From assembly GCA_032718475.1 (NCBI GenBank), contig JAUCBJ010005093.1, positions 25,880 to 89,879 on the forward strand: DNA of 64,000 nt, read 5' to 3'. The DNA comes from Nemertoderma westbladi (Eukaryota > Animalia > Xenacoelomorpha). Both the position numbers and the translations under genes were made by a program. Positions within the stretch are counted from its first letter, which is position 1, and each line of letters starts with the position of its first letter. This document shows positions 56,521 through 64,000 of this stretch, piece after piece. The notes under the pieces are model-generated. The model did not search any database. It had not been told where the DNA came from and was given only the letters and a program-made list of their open reading frames with translations.

Positions 56521-57145
56521 GTTGCTAGGTAACAGTTTGAATCACCTGGTGGTGGGTTATATTTGTACTTGTTTTGGTGCGTTTTTATATTCGAATTATT
56601 GTTTGTTAATATTATAATATATGGAGGCTTTTGAGTAAAAAAAAAAAAAAAAAAACCGGTACTGTAGTAGTTAGTGCTGTATAGTGTTAGTAGTACAGTA
56701 GTAAGTAGTAGGTCAACGTCAACTGACTGTTTTTAAATGTAGATGTGATGAAATTGCTTGTTGTGAGCATAGCGAGCACGACAATTTTAACATTTCTGCA
56801 TTTAGAGTAGGCAAACCGACTGTTTTCAAATACAGATGTTATTAAATTGTGAGCGTAGCGAGCACGGAAATTCTGCTGAATCATGGTTTTAGGCCTATTG
56901 GTTTGAAGAATCTGACAATTGAAACAATTTTAAAACAAATCATGTTTGTAATGGTCATGCTCAATCTGTCCGTTTGTCCACAGCCAGACTGCCAGACGTG
57001 CTAAGGCTAAGAGTAGGCTTACAGCTGTACAGTATATAAACGCAAGCCCTGCAAGCAAAGCGAGCGGAAATTTTTCAATCTTTTTAAACCTATGGATGAT
57101 GGAATAATTTCAAATAGAGCTGCATAGTCAGTCGGTGAGAAGTCA

Positions 57146-57216
57146 AAAATTGGACTTCAAGTCCAATTTTAGACTTCAAGTCCAATTTTGGACTCCAAAG
57201 TCCAATATTGGACTTT
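57146..57216. repeat. ~19-bp palindromic tandem repeat (TTGGACTTCAAGTCCAA core)
   Basis: 3-4 imperfect copies. Confidence 0.75.
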
Positions 57217-58245
57217 AGTACAACTCCAAGTGTACCCATGCTGCCATCCCAGTGAAAAATGTTAGTGCGCTTCAAATGCGTTGCGCGCTCTAAGTGCGAT
57301 AAATATGCGTAGTGGTTTTTAGAAACTTCACCTAAGTGTGAAGCAAGTGGGTATTCAATGCGTAGTTACTACAATTTATTATCATGTGGAACATGTGTGT
57401 AACATGTTTGAGTTTTTATGATAATATGTAGGTGTGATAGTAAAGTGCGTTCCAGGTGAGTTTAAAGCGTCTCTATAACTATGAAATATGTCTGTATGTG
57501 TGTTGAAATTGAGACCCACATGGGTTTAAACTGTTACAATTTACAGTATATGTTACACAGTACAGCAGTACAATACAGCCATAGGCCTGACATTACAGTA
57601 TTACCGTAGGGCCTACAGCCGTATGTCACACCACAGCACCAGACATGTTAGAAACTGCCCACCTGCTGACATGACAGACTGCCATTATGTCTGGATGTGT
57701 CTCTTACCCTACTGGCAGACTGGCTACTGCCAGAGTGCCGTATCAGCTTACTGCAGTACTGACTTGTTTACACTTACTGACTTCTGGACTTACAGTCTGA
57801 CAGTACACAGTACTGCAGTCTGGCAGTAGCCTAAGTCAGTAAGTACCCAGTAACAGGCTGTAGGGCAGTAGGGCCTATCTGTAATAGTCTGCTAGTCAGC
57901 CAGCTGGCCAGTACCAGTCTGCCAGTACTGGTACTGCAGTACAGTCAACAGGGTCATTCCATGCTAATTCGACCAATCAGTGTGGCAAGGGTCGGAAATT
58001 TTTGACGAAATTTTAACCACTTATCAACTCTAGCTGTCTAGTGAAAAAACGATGTGGTGAAAATTTCAGCCGATTTGGTTTAGCCGTTCTCTAGACTGCT
58101 AGATATTGATGTTTTAAATTTGGCGAAATTCCAAAAACCAGTGAAGTAGGCCTACATTATTTGAAGTGGTGTCTGCAGTTGATCTGATTATCAGTTTAAT
58201 GTCAATTGTATGTGATTCTAAATAAACGAGGTCGGGGTAGGGGAG

Positions 58246-58596
58246 GTGCTATACAGACTCCTCGCCAACTGCATGGCTTTGGCGACAAAGGCCGACATTG
58301 TCCTTCAGTGTGGGGCCGACCAGCTTTGTGTTGGGGTGAAGGCGGGGATAGAGGGTGCCGTCCACGCGATGTCCAACATCTTCGAAGAAGAGTCGACCCA
58401 GGCCATGTTGTTGGTGGACGCGAGCAACGCGTTTAACAGCCTGAGCCGACCAGTCGCCCTGTGGAACTGCCGCGTGTACTGGCATAGGTGTTCGCGCTTT
58501 TTGTTTAATGCCTACAATGGACACGCGGCCCTCTACCTTTCTGGTTCCTCATCTCCAATTTGGAGCCAGGAAGGTATGACCCAGGGTGACCCCTAG
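58246..58596 (+). mobile_element. CRE-clade reverse transcriptase fragment
   Basis: QLCVGVKAGIEGAVHAM..LLVDASNAFNSLSR..SQEGMTQGDP; truncated there by the next element. Confidence 0.85.
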
Positions 58597-58690
58597 GGTT
58601 CAACAGAAGGCACTTTATGGGGCCAAACCGAACCGAACCGAAGCAGGGCCAACTTCGGGCCGAACCGAACCGAATCCGAACCGAAGTTCA
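58594..58690 (+). mobile_element. Putative hAT-type DNA transposon terminus
   Basis: Starts TAGGG and carries subterminal (CCGAA)n repeats; the other end was not found. Confidence 0.45.
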
Positions 58691-59214
58691 GAAAGTTAGC
58701 AAGTTATGGTCATAAAATCGTATTTAGGTCACTATACTGGCTGACTGGCAGTGGCAGACTGGTACCTATTTGTTCTGTGGACTTAGCAAGAAAGCTATGA
58801 TTAATTAAAAAAATAAGTACTACAAAATAAAATGGCAATATTTACATTACTGTACATTACTAACCTAAACTACTGTGTACTTACTGTACTGCTGTATGCA
58901 CCACATTATCACCGGTAGTAAGCCGTACAGTAGTGACATCAAATTTAGAAAACCTCACTAACTGACTAAAAGAACAGGTAGTCTTTGTAATACTATTTAT
59001 ATGAGGTAGTAGGTATATTTGGTATTATGTATCAAAGTTATGATTAATTAAAAAATAGGTACTACAATAAAATGGCAATGTTTAGCCTAACCTAAACTAC
59101 CAGACTACTGTATAATTAAGCTAATTTTTAAACTACCAAAGTAAACTGGAAACAATTAAAAAAATAATGCCATTTAAATGGAAGTTCAGTCCAAAATTAA
59201 GGATGTAAACGTTA

Positions 59215-59676
59215 AGCAGACAGTGGTGCAGACACCTGGTGCGGACAGTGGTGCAGACACTGGTGCAGACGGTGGTGCAGCGTGCAGACAGAAGTGCAGA
59301 CACTGGCACTGGTGCAGACAGTGGTGCAGACACTGGTGCAGACTGCAGACAGTGGTGCAGACATTGACTGACTGGTGCAGGCAGACAGTGGCTCAGACAG
59401 TGGTGCAGCGTGCAGACACTGGTGCAGAGAGTGGTGCAGACACTGGCGCAGACAGTGGTGCAGACACTCTGGTGCAGACTGTGGTGCAGACAGTGATGCA
59501 GACACTGGTGCAGACAATGGTGCAGACAGTGGTTCAGACAGTGGTGCAGAAAGTGGTGCAGACACTGGTGCAGGCAGTGGTGCACACTGGTGCAGACACT
59601 GGTGCAGACAGTGATGCAGACACCTGATGCGGACAGTGGTGCAGACAGTGGTGCAGAAAGTGGTGCAGACACCTGG
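59215..59676. repeat. 12-bp minisatellite (GTGGTGCAGACA)n
   Basis: Several dozen degenerate copies; explains the overlapping low-complexity ORFs. Confidence 0.95.
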
Positions 59677-60231
59677 TGAAAATACTGAAATACCAGAGTA
59701 CCACAAAACACAATACCACCAGGCACTATTACCGGTATATTATATTTTATCATAAAATTTATTATCTACAAATACTGAAATATGCGATTAACTACTGAAA
59801 GGTTCTACATGAAGTAGGGAGGACGTATGTAGTACATGAGGGGCGGAGGGGTGCGTGGGGGTGAATGTGCCCTAATTAAAAATAATTATAAGTGGTGTGT
59901 ACCGTACGAAAGTAATTAATCGGTATTCCCGTTTTAATATAAACAATAATGTCTATAAATTGTAAGCAGCAATGTCTCCAAGGAATAAGGTTTAAGCGAC
60001 AGTGTTTGATTGTTTTTACATGACCTACTTTATACAGAGTATGTTTAATTTGTTTACCTTTACTGGAGCCACTATGCTTATTACTGTATAATAAAACGAG
60101 CTCATTTAAGTTATTGTATCATGCTGGGGATATACATTCACTGTAAGGTCTCACAGGTCTACAGTAAGGTCTCAGGAATTCTTAGCCCGCGAGTATTCTT
60201 AGCCTGCGAGTATTATTGGCCCTTGGCAGTA

Positions 60232-63200
60232 GGGAACATACCCTTAAATAAGCTCCAAAAATGGGTTCTTATTTAAGGAAAATGGCTCTTATTTAGGGGT
60301 TTTTGGGCCTTTTTTGGATATTTTTTCGATATAATATGCTATAACTTGTTTCAGGAAAAAATACCGCATAATTTTATTTCACAATGTAAAAGTTGGGTCT
60401 TTCTTGAACATAAGGCAAAAAACCAGAAAACATTTCACCGTCCGGTTTTTTTTCTACAAGCGTTTTAAAATTGCATAAAAAATACGACTAGTTCCTAAAT
60501 AAGGTTTTTTTTTTAAATTTACCTTATTTAAGATATCGAAATTGTACACATAAATACTAAAAGTTCCTAATTAAGAACTTTTTGACCTGGGTTTCTTATT
60601 TAGGAATACAATTGTATTCCAAAATCTGCACATTCCTTAAATAAAATAAATATTCCTTATTCGTTACAGTATGTGTTACACTTCTTTCATAATTCTTCGA
60701 TTTATGTCAGTCTGTATATTGCTAATTGTTGGGATAAGGATAAGGACAATGGTTGCACTGCACTCTATAAATCCTCTATAGAATATCGTATCATAATGAA
60801 GTTGCTAGCACTGGCATTTTTACCTCACACGGTAGCATAGAATAGCCCATTGATATTCAAAAGAATAGCCCATCGCCCATCTGAGCGCACATACATTGTC
60901 ACGTATTTCGATGAGACATGACTCAAGTAACTGGACATCGCCACACAGTTTCGAAAAACTAACTTGTGTCCTGCATTTCCTCTTCTGCTCCGCGTTACGC
61001 CCCACTTAGATGGATTGTCCACAATGTTGTACTTGAAAGGTGTGAAAAAAGTGAAAAACCAATGTCAATGTCATGTCAATAGGCACAAAGATGGTTCAGT
61101 CGGGCAGCTGATAGAAGTTATGAAGGTTAAAGATGATCACTGGATAACGTTTTGGCTCAACTGGCTCAGGCAGGAGTGGGACACATTCGTGGGATCTTTG
61201 CGCAGCATGAAGTGAGCAAAGCCTTAGCTAGCCCTAGCTGATAGGGGCCCCACCCCATTAACATTTTGTCTTTCGTTAGTCAGAGGTTGTTCAGCACTAT
61301 ACTCGTCTCCTTAATTTGCCTCATTGTGTTCGTTTGTTTTTTACCAAACTTCAGATTATTTCTAATCTTTTGACAGACTACACGACAGACAACTCGTTAA
61401 TAGCACCCATATGCTAAGGCTTCGCTCACTTGAACGTGGCTCTCCCCCACATTCAATCTGGTTCGACGCAGTTTGTTGCTCATTGCTGCTCGTTGTGCTT
61501 TATTATTTCTCGTTGTTGGTCATTGTTACTCAGTGTTGCTAGTTGTTGGTCATTGTCAGATTGTTGCTTGTTGGTGCTCATTGTTGCTCGTTAGTTGTAC
61601 TTTATTATTGCTCGTTGTTGCTCGTTGTACTCTATTATTGCTCGTTGTTGCTCATTATTGCTCATTGTTACTCGTTGTTGCTCATTGTTGCTCGTTGTTG
61701 TACTTTATTATTGCTCGTTCAATCGTAGTTCCTCGTTGTTGCTCGTTGTTGTACTTTATTATTGCTCATTGTTGCTCAATATTACTCGTTGTTGCTCGTT
61801 CGGTCGTTGTTGCCCATTGTTGCTCGTTGTTGTACTTTATTATTGCTCGTTCAATCGTAGTTCCTTATTGTTGCTCGTTGTTTCTCGTTGTTGTACTTTA
61901 TTATTGCTCATTGTTGCTCGTTGTAGCTCAATATTACTCATTGCTCGTTGTTGCTCATTGTTGCTCGTTGTTGTACTTTATTATTGCTCATTGTTGCTCA
62001 ATATAACTTCGTTGTTGCTCAATATAACTCATTGTTGCTCGTGTAGTCGTTGTTGCTCATTATTGCTCGTTGTTTCTCGTTGTTGCTCATTGTTGCTCGT
62101 TGTTGTTCTTTATTATTGCTCATTATTGCTCATTGTTGTACTTTATTATTGCTCGTTCAATCGTTGTTCCTCATTGTTGCTCGTTGTTGTACTTTATTAT
62201 TTCTCATTGTTGCTCAATATAACTCGTTGTTGCTCGATCAGTCGTTGTTGCTCATTATTGCTCGTTGTTTCTCGTTGTTGCTCATTGTTGCTCGTTGTTG
62301 TTCTTTATTATTGCTCATTGTTGCGTTGTTCCTCATGTAATGTTTACTCGTTGTTGCTCGTTCAGTCGTTGTTCCTCATTATTGCTCATTGTTGTTCGTT
62401 GTTTCTCGCTGTTGCTCATTGTTGCTCGTTGTTGTACTTTATTATTGCTCATTTTTGCTCGTTGTTGCTCATTGTTGCTCAATGTTACTCGTAGGTCGTA
62501 GTTGCTCATTGTTACTCGTTGTTGTTCATTGTTGCTCGTTCAGTCGTTGTTCCTCATTATTGCTCGTTGTTGTACTTTATTATTGCTCATTGTTGCTCAA
62601 TGTTACTCGTTGTTGCTCATTGTTGCTCGTTGTTCCTCATTGTTGCTCGTTGTTTCTCGTTGTTGTACTTTATTATTGCTCAATATAAATCGTTGTTGCT
62701 CAATATAACTCGTTGTTGCTCGTTCAGTCGTTGTTGCTCATTATTGCTCGTTTTTTATCATTGTTGCTCATTGTTGATCGTTGTTGTTCTTTATTATTGC
62801 TCATTGTTGCTCAGTGGTTCTCATTGTTGGTCGTTGTTGCTCAATGTTACTCGTTGTTATACTTTATTATTGCTCAATGTTACTCGTTGTTACTCATTGT
62901 TACTCGTCGTTCCTCATGTAATGTTTACTCGTTGTTGCTCGTTGTTGCTCGTTCAGTCGTTGTTCCTCATTATTGCTCATTGTTGTTCGTTGTTTCTCGC
63001 TGTTGCTCATTGTTGCTCGTTGTTGTACTTTATTATTGCTCATTTCTGCTCGTTGTTGCTCATTCAGTCATTGTTTCTCAATGTTTCTCGTAGTTCGTAG
63101 TTGCTCATTGTTACTCATTGTTGCTCATTGTTGCTCGTTCAGTCGTTGTTCCTCGTTGTTGTACCTTATTATTGCTCATTGTTGCTCAATGTTACTCATT

Positions 63201-63927
63201 GTTGCTCGTTGTTACTCGTTGTTGCTCGTTGTTTTGTTACTCATTGTTCATTTGTTGCTCGTTGTTGCTTATTGTTGGTCATTGTTGCTCGTTGTGCATT
63301 TTTGAACCTATCCAGTTAAGCTCAGAAGCTCCCTTATCTCTGCATCTTGCAATGTCCTGTCAAGGTTAGGCAGGTAGGAGATCATAACTGTCATAAGCAG
63401 ATAAGGGCAGAAGGAGGACGGGGCTGGGAGACGAGGTTATAAGAGACATTATATAACAGTATATGGATATTTAATTTATTTTATTTAATTTAATTTATGT
63501 AATTTAATTTATTTAAGGAGTAGGCCTATGCAGATTTTGGAATGAAATTGTATACCTAAATAAGAAACCCATGTCAAAAAGTTCTTATTTAAGGACTTTT
63601 AGTATTTATGTGTACAATTTCGATGTCTTAAATAAGGTAAATTTAAAAAATCCCTCTTATTTAGGAACTGGTCGTATTTTTGATGCAATTTTAAAACGCT
63701 TGTAGAAAAAAAACCGGACGGTGAAATGTTTTCTGGTTTTTTGCATTATGTTCAAGAAAGAACCAACTTTTATATTGTGAAATAAAATTATGCGGTATTT
63801 TTTACTGAAACAAGTTCTTGCATATTATGTCGAAAAAATATCCAAAAAAGGCCCAAAAACCCCTAAATAAGAGCCATTTTCCTTAAATAAGAACCCACTT
63901 TTGGAGCTTATTTAAGGGTATGTTCCC
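60232..63927. mobile_element. Non-autonomous long-TIR (foldback-like) element flanked by TA
   Basis: ~410-bp inverted repeats 60232..~60645 and ~63506..63927 (GGGAACATACCCTTAAATAAG.. / ..CTTATTTAAGGGTATGTTCCC); TA on both sides. Confidence 0.85.
61474..63295. repeat. 1.8-kb 9-bp-based minisatellite (TTGCTCRTT)n
   Basis: TTGCTCGTT/TTGCTCATT units with recurring higher-order blocks (GTACTTTATTA; GTTCAATCGT). Confidence 0.95.
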
Positions 63928-63935
63928 TAACAGTA

Positions 63936-64000
63936 GGGAACATACCCTTAAATAAGCTCCAAAAGTGGGTTCTTATTTAAGGAAAATGGCTCTTATTTAG
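63936..64000 (+). mobile_element. Start of a second copy of the long-TIR element
   Basis: GGGAACATACCCTTAAATAAGCTCC restarts 8 nt after the first copy ends. Confidence 0.85.

Noticed and set aside
59133-59753. Cys/His-rich metallothionein-like ORFs
   Set aside because: Translations of the 12-bp minisatellite; open in several frames on both strands.
60820-61215. Transposase fragment inside the long-TIR element
   Set aside because: Short ORFs with no DDE or DNA-binding motif that I can recognise.
61473-63369. Hydrophobic Leu/Val/Cys-rich membrane-protein ORFs
   Set aside because: Artefacts of the stop-poor 9-bp minisatellite.

Overview
Eukaryotic, repeat-saturated window, probably from an invertebrate metazoan, with no recognisable host gene. 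It holds: (A) a long BEL/Pao LTR retrotransposon on the minus strand (<1..14453; 3' LTR off-window). Its ~2780-codon gag-pol carries two lesions, and it has a second >1000-codon ORF in the env position. That ORF encodes a DEDDy-type (WRN/EXD/RNase D-like) 3'-5' exonuclease followed by three tandem CCHC zinc knuckles; its 3' half is absent from the ORF track because it runs off the window edge. (B) Decayed Polinton/Maverick-like genes: an adenain-type protease, a conserved Polinton ORF and a divergent TBP-like gene. (C) A CR1-group LINE whose AUG-less ORF2 overlaps ORF1 at a G_GGA_AAC slippery site. (D) Two related non-autonomous BEL/Pao elements: 28038..40092 with near-identical LTRs and an ACTTA TSD, and ~46761..55105; both keep an open gag but have lost RT and integrase. 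(E) Fragments of Gypsy, BEL and CRE elements, several non-autonomous TIR/Helentron-like elements and two minisatellite arrays. The BEL gag-pol sense strands are strongly enriched in consensus 5' splice-site (U1) motifs. All domain calls are by eye from motifs; no database search was run.
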